DNA of 63,926 nucleotides, the filler included, from Intoshia linei (lineage: Eukaryota; Animalia; Orthonectida): assembly GCA_001642005.1 (NCBI GenBank). It is 7 parts of 7 records of this genome, joined end to end, with 100 filler letters (N's around TTAATTAATTAA, not from the genome) between each part and the next. Parts side by side here need not be neighbours in the genome. Positions count along the whole stretch, not along the records: positions 36,565 to 53,555 come from LWCA01000824.1; 6 more parts are not named here. One strand, 5' to 3'. Of the stretch, positions 38,126 to 49,909 are shown piece after piece (the first letter of the stretch is position 1; every line of letters begins with the position of its first letter). The translations under genes were made by a program, and so were the position numbers. The notes under the pieces were generated by a model. That model ran no database searches. It saw nothing but the letters and a program-made list of their open reading frames with translations, and was not told the DNA's origin.

Positions 38126-38968
38126 TTATGCATAAATATGACCAAATTTTAAAAATAAACATATAATATATGTATATATAATATATGACATATATAATTT
38201 TGGCATTACATTATCCATAAATTCAATGTACAAGATGGCAATTCTTAAAGTTTCTATTCTTGAGACCTTTTTTTCGTATGAAAATTTTGGTATAGTATAT
38301 TTGAGCCTGTCAAATTGTTTATTCAAACTAACCATCCTTTTACGTTCACGTATATTTGCATTGTGTCTTTGCTTTGGTGTTGTAACCCTTTTCCTCTTTT
38401 TTTGGAATTCTAAAATAATGTTAGGATTCGATGAAACATTTTTACCTTTATATTCACCTTTAGAAATTAGGCATTCATTACATGATGCATTTACTCCATT
38501 TAAATCTTGAATCCTTGACTGTTCATATATACCTGGATTATTATCACAATTCTCAATATTTCTAACATCAAGATTTTCGAAAGGTTGATTCAGGGTAGCA
38601 TTGAGTGTAGGGTACATTTTTTGAATATTTGTTGGTTTAGGCAAATAATTATTATTTGCAGTTTCAGTGTTAAATGAATTTTGAGTGAGATTGTAGGGTG
38701 TATTTTCAATTTTTAAATCGGTACAGTTTGTGAAATACACCAAATCATGAAAGTCATTTTCATTTATATTTACATTACAAGGTTCCCTTTCATTAATATC
38801 CAGTAAATCATCAAAATCATGAAATGAAAACGCATCTTGTGGGTGTTGTGACGTCTATATTTTAATAAAAGATTTATTTTAAAGCATTACCTGGTTTAAA
38901 TCATCGTTAAAATTGGCCGACCCGAGTAAATTGGAAAAAGTTGCGTCGTCAGATTCAATCCAATTCAT
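38126..38968 (-). CDS. FERD3L: Fer3/NATO3 (PTF1-family) bHLH transcription factor; 3' end uncertain
   Basis: Exon 1 is 38968-38891, then a 36-nt intron, and exon 2 starts at 38854. KRKRVTTPKQRHNANIRERKRM..LN..FD.L..IP.F.YEKKVSRIETLR.AI.YI.FM matches Fer3/NATO3. Probable donor after MDN (~38211). Confidence 0.85.
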
Positions 38969-39334
38969 TAAAGTTTAGTTTTGTTAATGATTAAAATGAA
39001 ATAAAAACAGATGTTGTAATTGATTTTATTGACCAATATATTTATTGTGGTTATTTTGTCAGCCAATAAATTTAAAATTGAAAACAACAAATAAATTTTC
39101 TAAAGCCAAGCCATGAAATAAATAAAGTATGAAGCCTAATTTTATCTATTAGGTTATCGTTTCTTAAATCAGATTAGCTACGATATTCGCAATTAATGTT
39201 ATAAACATTAATGTTACCGTAATGTATCATTTATTTATTTAATAATTAAATTTTTATTGTAATTAAAAGAGTGTATCAGCAATTTTAATTATAATCCCTC
39301 TAGAGAATAAACAAGTAATAAATTTAATTAACAA

Positions 39335-42300
39335 TTATTTTTTCGGTGCAATTATTCCTTCCAATTGAGTCTATAATGTACGTTAATAATATAATTTAGT
39401 GTTAATTGAACCTTGAGTTGTTGGTTTGTTCTTTTTAAAAACTGAATTTCCTCAGAATGTTTTTTTTCTTCAATTTGACGTTGTTCTGCAGATCTTTTTT
39501 CTACTTGTTCAACTTTAGCTTTTAATTCATTGATTTGACGTTCCAAGTCAATTTTTTCAGTCTCTAAGTCTTCAATCTAAATTTTTCATTTTTTTTGAAT
39601 TACGTCAATTACTTTTTTTTCAGTGTCGGATTTTCCTTGTTCGGCTTGTAACGCTTTACGCATACCGAAAGCCACGCTGCTTTCATATAAAGTTTGGTAA
39701 GCTGCAATCGTCATTCGAATTTCATCTCGAACTCGTAATAACAATAAACCTCGCTCCGAGCAGTTTATAGTTACTTGGCGGATTACTTCGTCTAAAAACG
39801 TCAAACTTAACTTTTAAAACAAATACCAAAACATTGTGAATACAATTCTCTTCGAACTGGACATATTCCTGTTTCACGAGCTTGTCTCTGCTGTAATTTT
39901 CGATCCAACTGTTGTTGCAGATTTATAACATCAAGACGAGTTGCAGGAGTACTCGACACTTGTTGCACCCATAATTGACCTCCATTTGTCCATTCTCTAA
40001 TAAAAATATAATCTTAATCGGTAAACTTATTTAAAATAAATGAATTAATTTAGTATTCCCAAAGTCAGTGGCGTTGACCATCTCAGAATACAAGTGTCCA
40101 AGTACCCAAATATTTTTATTTTTTTTTAAATTTTAATTTTATAAATTACTGAAAAAATATAAATATTGAAATGTGGCTGGGCTTTTCAATACGGCAAAAA
40201 TTCACTTTTTTAATATAGTCTCTATTCATACAGAATGTATGTATATATTTTTTGTATTAAAGATATATTTAATGAGTTTTTTGGACTACGATTTATGATA
40301 ATGCTTATTATTTTAAAAATTATTACAGAATTTGTTTTATACAATTGTTGTGGTTTTATCATTTTAATAAAAAAGGGTAATTTGGGGTTTTAACCATGAA
40401 GATGTACGTTTTTTAGATTGAGATTTCCAACGCATCCCAGGTTATACGTTTTTTTAAATTTTAAAACTGATTTTATTTTTAAAAAAAGGGTAAATTGGGT
40501 TTGTGCCCTCAAGAATTCAATTTCGGTAAAATTGCATTTTCGATACTAAATCACTCTTGAAAAACTGTATTAGAAATTTTGAATAGGTTTTTTTGAATAC
40601 TAACAATGTTAATTTTTTAAATAAACGGTAATACATACAGACAGGTGTGCAATTTTTTGAAAAATACATAATTCCTCTAATAAATTAAAAAATGGGATCG
40701 CAAAATTGTTTACACAAATGTTACAAAAAATTGAGTGTTATTAATTCACTTTAAATTAAAAGGTGATGTGAAATTACGGGTCCGTGGTGAAACAAGTTTG
40801 GGAATTAGTGCTTTAAAGAATTGATAATAGTGAATAGTAGCATTTTTAAGTAAGATTCTACAGGTATAATTTTTTTTGGGGTATAATCAAAACAATCCGC
40901 CCTCAGCAGAGCTAGGTGCTGTTTGTCCTTACTTATATAAGTAAAGATTTCAGCAAAAAACGAACATTTTGAAATGTTTGTTTTTAACAAAAAATTAATT
41001 CATTTATTTTTATTTGTTTGTAAATATTGAATTTAATTTTATATCTGGAATATCCGAACAACGCTACCATGATACTATTAAATAAGTTCTTATTCCAATG
41101 AATCATTTCAATCATTGTGATTGATATTACATTTCATTTGTAAACTTTTGTTTTTATAAATAATTTTGCCAGGTTTTAATCTAAAATGATGAAAACGCAG
41201 GGGTCCTGAAATTGGTTATAATGTGAACCAACACCGTTTTGCATTTATGCTAGCGGTGGACTTTGCGCTCTGATATGATAAAATGTACTGAAATGGATAC
41301 ACTGTTACATATCTATGTATCAGTCACCAAATTTCAAATATTATTACTTTTTTGTGACATTACATGACTAATATGTAATGACAGATACGAGGTATACAAT
41401 GTTTATTACTTAATTCCAATAATCTAATTCAATGGATCAATATTTACATTTTCAATTTTTATTTTAATCGAAATATTTGAAAAATATTGGTTGATAATAT
41501 ATTAAAAATTATTTTTTACCGAGAATGCGTAGAATTCTGGGATTGAAATTTTGTATTTATATCAACTGAAATAAGCTCTATCAGAATAATCTTTTTTGTT
41601 AATTTTCGGATTAATAATTATTTCACACTTTTTGTTTTAATAAAATGTTTCGGAAAAAAAATATATGAATACTAAAATGCTTTTTTTTGACCGTAAAGTC
41701 ATCACTTATTCGGATTGAAATTTTTTGAAATTCTAGGGCTATTTTCATTAAAAAAAAGAAGGCTAGTTTGGGGTTTTGGTCTTGAGGATATAATTTTTTT
41801 AAATTTAAATTTATGGTAATGTTTCTGATTTTAACATCCGCATAAGCGTATATATTTTTTTAAATTCTTCAACTCGTTTGATTTTCAAAAAGGGGGACAA
41901 CAGGGGTTTTTGACCCGTAAGATGTGAAATTGGGGAGTTGAAATTTATCTTATTATACGTCCAGGAAAAAACTGTAATTGAAATGTGTGTGTTAAAAAAA
42001 TCTAAGAGTCAAAAATCGCGTAGCCTATTATATAAGTTAGGATTTTTCAAATCAAATATTTTAAAATTCTTTAAACAAATGTTAAAACAATATAATTAAT
42101 TTTAAATTAAAAGGTAATGTGAAATGACCGGTTCATGATGAAACAAATTTGGGAACCACTCCTTTAAAGGATTCGTAATAGTAAATAAATAATAGTAGTA
42201 ACATTTTAACATTTAAGTAAGATTTTATTGAATTTATATTTTTGGTAGAATTAAAAAACTTCACCCTCGGCAGATCTAGCTGCTATTTGAACAAAGTACA

Positions 42301-42770
42301 TAACAGTCAGGCTAGTTTTATATTAGTGAAGAATACAATGTATGTTAGATTATTCCGCGGTACACTTGGGATTTCGCAGCACATCGTTTGAGAATAACTA
42401 TTGTAACTAAACTTTTCAAAACCACTGGTTTAACGAACGTCTTGTTAGTGTCTGTTATTGTTAGTAGTTAACGTTTGTGTTTACTCTTGTTTCAATATGT
42501 AAGGCTAAGAATACCTGGGTGGTAAAATTGAATTTAAAATTTCATCAGTTTGTTGACCATTTTTAGACTCAACGGGTGGTAATTTTTGTTTTCCTTCAAA
42601 TGGTAACGCTTCAGTTCCTTCATCAATTTTACTTTGCGATATTTTATTCTAGAAAATGCATTGATAAACTAACAATTAAAATTAAATACCTTGGATTGCT
42701 TTCTTTCTGTATTGCGGCTAACTAATACGGGACTGTCATATTTAACTAACGAAATTGTAAGTGGTATCAT
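39335..42770 (-). CDS. DNALI1: Axonemal inner-arm dynein light intermediate chain p28
   Basis: MIPLTISLVKYDSPVLVSRNT, DEILNSILPPR, WVQQVSSTPATRLDV, QARETGICPVRRELY, ERGLLLLRVRDEIRMTIAAYQTLYESSVAFGMRKAL, QLEGIIAPKK*. Six exons with one 2.5-kb repeat-filled intron. Confidence 0.97.
41430..42315. mobile_element. Two abutting Helitron-like repeat pieces in the DNALI1 intron
   Basis: A minus-strand 5' piece ends ATAAGTTAGGAT (~42042). A plus-strand 3' piece then ends CAGTCAGGCTAG|t (42315). Confidence 0.65.
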
Positions 42771-43007
42771 TATATAAAAAATCCGGCAATTACACTTGAT
42801 CTAATTACCTTTTATTGTTTATACATTCCAAGTAACCGTGTTATTCCAGTATCTAGTGGTACAATCGGTTAATTTACATTATAATAACAAATATAAACAA
42901 TATCCATGCAAATTATGTATCATTATATATACGGATTAATGTTTTATCGCTATGTAAATTATTGCTATTAGAATTTTGTTTTGTTGGAAATATTAGAAAA
43001 ATATTCA
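42771..43007. promoter_or_regulatory. Putative bidirectional promoter between DNALI1 and the CALML4-like gene
   Basis: Divergent start codons are only 237 bp apart. Weak X-box-like words GTAACCGTGTTAT and GTATCTAGTGGTAC at ~42832-42862. Confidence 0.55.
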
Positions 43008-44638
43008 ATGGCCACTTATTTTTCTCAGGAATTAATTGAAAGTATTTTTATCTATATTAATATTGTATGTTTTCTAATCATATTGTATCTATGGGTATTG
43101 TCGCCCGTACATTAAGGAAAATAATTTTTAAAAATACAAAATGTAAATGTGCATAATTTAACAACTTCAATTCTACTCAATTTATAATCTCGTTTGTTTT
43201 GCTGCATGTTTAACAAGAACGTGTAATATAATAACGATTATACAATATAACAATATATAAACGAAACAAAACGATATAAAAAAATATTCCTACTGTAATA
43301 TCTTTATGTCTATTACTAATGAATTACCTAATACAATGTTCGAGGATAAATATTAAATCATGGTGGTTAGGGTGTATGCTTACGTATCATTTGTGAAAAT
43401 TTTTAGGGACCTAATTTTGATTTCAAGAGTATATTTTACGAGTATGGTAGGTTCCATTTGCCCTCATCTAAAAAATAAAAGTAACCAATTATAAAATAAA
43501 CATGTAATAGCTAATTTTTAATATAGAATATAGAGATTGTTTTGTCTTAAATTGTAATGACGACCTAATCCATGCAACATCAAAACTCTTATTTCTTATG
43601 CATTCATTGGGTTTCTATGTAACAACTGACCAAGCTGGTGCTTATTTCTTAGATTATCAATCTAAAGGTAAATTTATAATGTTTATGTTCGTTTATATGA
43701 ATTTATTAAATCCAGATTTGTATGATTGAGTTTGATTCATAATAAATTTGATTGATTAGTTTCCTCAACATTCCTTTTTTATAAAACCTTAAGAATTTCT
43801 AATTAATCATCAACAGAAACTGTCCAAAATACAAATGTAAATCAATAAAATATTTTATGCCTTGGTCTATTATTCTTCTTAGAGTAGTGGTTGCAAATTC
43901 AAAATTTATTTTTTTTGACCCGAAAGAAACATGAAATATAAAACAGTTATGAAAAAATTAAATGTTTTTTCTCATACGATTTGGTAAAATCGTGTTTTTC
44001 AAAATAATATCGGTAAATGTCTATTTTACCATGACGGTTTAAAATGGTATTTTTTATTAAATATTATTAAATTTTATTAATGGTGGGATAGAAGTGGGAT
44101 TTTTGAAATATTAATGTAGCGGTCGTCTAGACTTTAGAATAAATATAATTTTTTTTTACATTTTATTTGAATCTCACGGGCCCGTGAATATATTTTTGGA
44201 ACGCATGGGTCCAGAGAACCCTATCGGGAACCACTGCCTTAGATTAATAATTTAATAAAAAATCAAAACTAGAGATCCCTGAAAATATTTTAAAAATAAT
44301 TAAAATTTTATAAACTTGTACTTTATAGATGAAAATTTAAACTTTGGTCAATTTTTGGAAATTCTAAAGGATTTCGACGAATCAACCAATGCTAAAACAG
44401 AAATTTTGGAAATGTTTAAGCTGTACGATAAAGAAAATACAGGAAAAATTAATAAAACAAAATTAGAATCCATACTATTCTCACTTCAACCGGATGCAGT
44501 GAGCAAAGAAGAATGTAAATATTTTCTTTTAATCAATAAAATAAATTTGTAGATGAAAGCTTTTTAGCCCAAATTGGCTACATTTCAAATAATGAATCTG
44601 TCATAAACTATCACGACTTAGTAAATAAATTATTTTAA
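43008..44638 (+). CDS. CALML4: Calmodulin-like / myosin light-chain-like EF-hand protein (CALML4-like), 4 exons
   Basis: Exons 43008-43041, 43527-43667, 44329-44514 and 44553-44638 give MATYFSQELIEKYRDCF..LMHSLG..LNFGQFLEIL..EILEMFKLYDKENTGKI..INYHDLVNKLF*. Confidence 0.75.
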
Positions 44639-44909
44639 ATTACAGACAAATTCACCTAATATTAACATATGTTGGTTTCATTATGATTAACATCTATAAA
44701 TTTGATAGATTCAGAGTTGTAAAATTATCAATAAATTTATTGTAGATACCAGTTGCAAAGTTGCATATAAAATGTATTTTTGCCATGTACAATTGGATTG
44801 TACATAAGGTTTCTAATTAGTCGATTTAAACTATTGAATTTTTAATTCAATTGACAATTTAATAGTATAGATTTACATATATGGAATGATGTGACAGTGT
44901 TATCACACC

Positions 44910-47900
44910 ATGTTTTCTTTGCATTTAATCTTACACCTTTTGATGATTATTTCTACATTAGCGTTTCTACAAGGCTATAGTAATTTTAAATTATTTTATG
45001 TTTTTACATGTAGATTTTATTTTTACATTTAGATTTTAAAATTTCACATTTACACCATTTAAACTCTATATTCGAAAGATCAAATTTGCATGAAAATGAT
45101 GGATTTTCAGATGAAGCTATACTCTTAAACTACTTATTTAAAAATTACAGTTCCTTAACTAGACCTATATCCAATTCCAGTTTACCAGTGAATGTACTTA
45201 TACAATTTGGTCTATTGCAAATACATGAACTCGTATTACTGCATTTTTTATATAACTAATTAATCAAATTAGATTATTCAAAAAAGAGTATTAATAACAT
45301 CGGGTCTTTTAATACTGGTAAATTGTCTTAATTATTTTAATATTATTTAATATTCAAATTAAACTGTTGCCAAAATTTAACCAATTTGAATGACGATATC
45401 CAGATATTATTAGATATTTAACTTTCAATAAGAGAAAAGAAAAAAATGGAAATATTATTAAATATTGATTTTTAGAATAGTAATTGATAAAAATAAAATG
45501 ACTCATCAGTACATCTTTAATATTATTTAGAAGTTACAAATTTGAACTTTTAAAGATAAATTATAGGAAATGTCCATTCGACATAAATATAATCTGTTAC
45601 CTGAAAAAATGGCATATAAAATATACATTGTACATTGTGCATAATTATTTTTTTATAATTTAAAAAAAATTTTAGAAACGCTGATGTAACTTGTCATATT
45701 GTGACATCTTGTTTCAAATTTTAGATAAAATATATTGACTGAGCCAAAATATAAATTCAGACTAAGCGTGGACCAGTTTGAATTTGTATTAGATTATTTA
45801 ATAGAAAATTAATCAATTTACTACTTGTTAATATAGGAATGGATTGATAACAGACTTCGATGGAATGCCACAAAATTTAACATGAAGCATATAGTAATAC
45901 AAAACAACTTAGTTTGGTTGCCTGAATTTGCTGTAATAAATAGGTAATAGCTAAAAATGTCCAAATTAGGGTTTTCAAATACATCTGAAACACAATTAAA
46001 AACACCCAGTATATATTACATGCAGAACAATACATGGAAAAAAAATATTAATATCATACTATATTCTGTTCAATCAAAAATATTATAGTTTTTAAGAAAT
46101 GTCAAATAATGTATACTATCTCGCAGCAATTTTGCAATTATTAGAAACTAGTCTCAGTGATACTCTAAGTGTCTGAATTTTTTATGTATTAATCAGCGAC
46201 ACAAGATCTATCGTAGGCTAAAAAAAATAAAAAAATGGGCCGAATTAATTCGTAGAAATTTATCTTTTTCGTTTATATGTAGATATGAAAGTCTCAACAA
46301 TTTTGCAAAACAATAAATATTTTTCGGAGTTTTAATGGTTTCTACGACATGAGATTATCACTTCCATCTAAAGAAAATCTACTTTCATCCGAAAATACGA
46401 TTTATCGATATCAACCATATTAAAAAAAAGGTTGCGTACAAAATTTAGGCGGCCAATCTTTTTTGCATCAGTCATTGTCAGTTTTTGCAATGAACGTCGA
46501 TACTTCAAACCGCTATCATTAAGGGCCCGTCAAATATCTGCTCTTGAAGGAGCACATGAAATACGGACAGCAACGGATGTGGATGTAACAACCCTTCCAT
46601 ATTTTTGCACCCATCAGCAGACTTTTTAATTTCTTTTTGAAATCTTTTTTTTTAAAGTTGTAATTCGCTTCGATTTGATTGATCTTTATTCATTTGAAGT
46701 GTTATAAATTGTTCTAAAGGAAACATTGCGGGTTTTTACGATATTTACCTTTTCGATACCATCCTTCAAATTTTTTTCTATTAATTTTGTAATAGTATTT
46801 AACAGTGTCATTTGCGATAATGAAAACAGTTTAAAAACAATTATTTGTCAGGAAATCGGAGTTTATTATGTTTTCGATAGTTTTTCAAAGTTGGTGAGAC
46901 GTTCAAAGTAACAAAATAATTAAAAACTTCAATTTCTACGATTTTTTTCAGATTATATTTTTTTTATTTTTTTACCAATGAAAGATCCTGCCAAATCGTT
47001 TAATATATACAAAATTGAAAAAAATACCATGTAGTTTAGATGGGTTTATATCAATTGCAAAATTGCTGCGAGGGAGTATAATAATAAGTACAAAATATTT
47101 ACGTGTAGTTAAGTCAATTAAAATCTATTTTACGCAAGCTATGCTGTAATTCATTATTATAAATGACCAGATTACTCAAAGTTTCTGTATAATTGGTAAT
47201 TATGGCCCATTTGAGATATAAATAAAATAAGATTGAATAAAAAAAACTTAGTTATATATTATACATGTAGAACAGTGTTTCCTATGCGTGGGATATGTCC
47301 AATGGTGGTCCTATAATATTTTGATGGGGTCTGAGAAATTTCACGATTGTATTGGAACTATGAAAACTTAAGACTAATGTAATATTTATTTTTTACAATA
47401 CTAGCTTGATTATTATGTACTTGGTACAAACAGCAGGTAGGTTTACAATTGCAATTGATTATAAGTTTTCTAGGTTGCAATTGATGATAATGCTCATTAT
47501 TTTAAAAACTATTCAGAATTTATCCTTGGATTACTGATAAAGGTTTACTTAATAGTCGTAGAATTTAAAAAACAAAAATTTTAAGAAAATATTTCTGAAT
47601 AAATAGGTTTTTTCAAAAAAATTATTTGAAAATAGAAATATCTTTATAAAGCTTTTATACATTTTTAGGAAGGATTATTAATTTCGAAGTTATTAAAAAT
47701 AGTCTTCCGCTAACCGGCATTTGGGAAACGTTAGTTTATGGTGGTTCACAGCGAAAAAAAGGTTGAGAAACACTGTTCTAAGCTATTCTCATAGCTATCA
47801 TACATTGCATGAATATGAATTGCACCTATTAACTGAACGGTCTAATTGAGGGTTGTGTGTATGTGGTAGTAATTCTATAAATATATGATAAAACACTTTT

Positions 47901-49108
47901 AAAATTATATCTAGTATCAACAAAATATATAAAGACTATTCAAATTTTCTCGTGTACATTTCATCGAATGGATTAGTTCACTGGGAACCTGGTGGAATAT
48001 TCGAGGTAAATAAACCCAATATTTAATATTTAGAATTTAGACATTATGTTCCATAGACATTCGCTATTATCCATTTGACGAACAAGAATGTTCACTAATT
48101 TTTGGTTCATGGTCGTATCACACGAAAAAAATGAATCTATCAAAAAGTGATAACATCAACCTCGACTCTTATGAGCCGAACGGAGAATGGGATATAATTA
48201 CAACAGACGTACTATATGAGAGTTTAATTTATGAAATATTATTATAAACACATGCTAGGATTCTGCTACAATTGCAACAACAAGCATTACGCCAACATTT
48301 TATTTAGAATAAAAATGCGTCGAAAATACACATTTTATATTTTAAATGTTATTTTTCCAAGTATAATGACATCGATATTGCTGTTATCCATGTTTTTTTG
48401 TACGCCAGCTCAGAAAGTACAAATCGGTGTGGTAGTTTTACTCTCATTTAGAATCTTTTTACTAAATGTAACTGATAGCATTCCAAAAACTTCAGACAAC
48501 ATACCCATTCTAGGTTGTTAATTATGATTTCATATATTATATTTTAGCTGTGTACTTGACGTTGACTATGGTATAATTTCAGTTTTAAAAATTAACACAT
48601 TTAATAGGCTATAACGACGTTGAGTATGATTTTGACAGTATTTGTGCTCAATATTCACTGTGTTACAGATCGACCCGTACCGAAGTATTTAAGAATTATA
48701 ATTTTCAAGTATTTGTCGAGAATTTTATTTATGAAACATTACCAAAACATCAATTCGTTTAAAAGAATAAAAAAAAACGACAAAAATAATAGAAATTCAC
48801 TTTTAAAACGCCGATCGGGTTTAATCAAATCCAATACACGAGATAAATTTTCATCCAGTACAATTTCATTAAACAAAAAACAAAAAAAGCTTTGGGATAT
48901 GCATTCTCTTAATGCAACCAAATTAGTGGATTATAATGAAAATAGGAAAAATTCAGCGTTGCTTGATGAAGAATCAACTTCTAGCGAGTGGAGGCGTGTG
49001 GCTACAGTTGTTGATAGATTGTTTTTTTGGTTATTTTTTTTTGCAATTCTCATTACTACTCTTGTTCTCTTTCAACCGCTCACAGTCCAATATTTTCAGA
49101 TTATATAA
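44910..49108 (+). CDS. Nicotinic-acetylcholine-receptor-like Cys-loop channel subunit (non-alpha, divergent)
   Basis: Signal peptide, LFKNYSSLTRP, 45-nt exon 45273-45317, EWIDNRLRW, VWLPE, Cys-loop CSIDIRYYPFDEQEC, FGSWSY, NGEWDI, M1-M3, a 23-nt exon 48548-48570, and M4 EWRRVATVVDRLFFWLF. Confidence 0.93.
46116..47076 (-). mobile_element. Internally deleted Tc1/mariner element with both TIRs, in an nAChR intron
   Basis: TA|CTATCTCGCAGCAATTTTGCAATT...AATTGCAAAATTGCTGCGAGGGAG|TA. Minus-strand IVFSDESRFSLDG and an HTH-like N-terminus. Confidence 0.85.
47273..47775. mobile_element. hAT MITE (CAGTGTTTC...GAAACACTG) with a nested Helitron fragment
   Basis: Terminal inverted repeats are present. 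The internal a|CTAGCTTGA (47401) is a Helitron-family 3' end on the minus strand. Confidence 0.6.
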
Positions 49109-49309
49109 ATTCAATTTTGTAAAGAAACACTTTTTAATTTTATTCGATTAAATTTAAAATTTAAAGTCTTGCTAAAAATAAAATAAGACCCTGCTCGTTC
49201 CCTTCCAATTATATGCGTGTGTATTACCAATTTTTCTACATTGGATTGATAAGAATCTGGTCAAGGCACTGAAAAAGTGTATTCTCAACTAAATGAGTGA
49301 TTTATTGAA

Positions 49310-49909
49310 ATGGATTTAATAAGTGTATACAAAAGTTGATGTTGTCATTGTTTATGTAAGTAAACTAAAATTGACAATTTGAAATGTCTTCAAATATAGG
49401 TTTGATTAATTTTGCGTGTGTATTTTGTTTTGTTAGAAAATTTATCAAAAAAAGCGAAAAAGGCACTATGTGATTATACTTTTTCAGAATTGAATGGTTT
49501 ATATTTTGTAGAAAATACTATAATATTTTTTAGCTGTTAAAGACGAATTGACTACTATCGACTCAATGAATGTAATAATTAACGGAGAATATTCGAGTAT
49601 GAATAAGAATATTTTAAGAAATTGTGAAATGTGGCACAAGTTTAAAAATAATAAAGGTTTTATATTATAGGAATGTTAACAATTTTAATGTTATAGTTGT
49701 AATTTTTAAAACATATGGAACCTTCGTAACGTAAAATTTAGACTATTTGATAACCGAAGTTGATACACAGTTGGAAAAAATTGGTAAAAATATAGATTCA
49801 ATGGAAAATGAAATAATAAAAATGGATGACAACATAAAAAAAATTGGTACATAAAAAATGAATTTATATGTATATTTATCTAGAAAAACAAGTTGGAATC
49901 TATCCATGA
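49310..49909 (+). CDS. BLOC1S2: Probable BLOC-1 subunit 2 (BLOS2)-like coiled-coil protein; start exon uncertain
   Basis: Spliced reading KALCDYTFSELN|AVKDELTTIDSMNVIINGEYSSMNKNI...|DYLITEVDTQLEKIGKNIDSMENEIIKMDDNIKKI|EKQVGIYP* follows the BLOS2 pattern Y..GEL.A..E...L..MN......Y..M. Confidence 0.55.
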
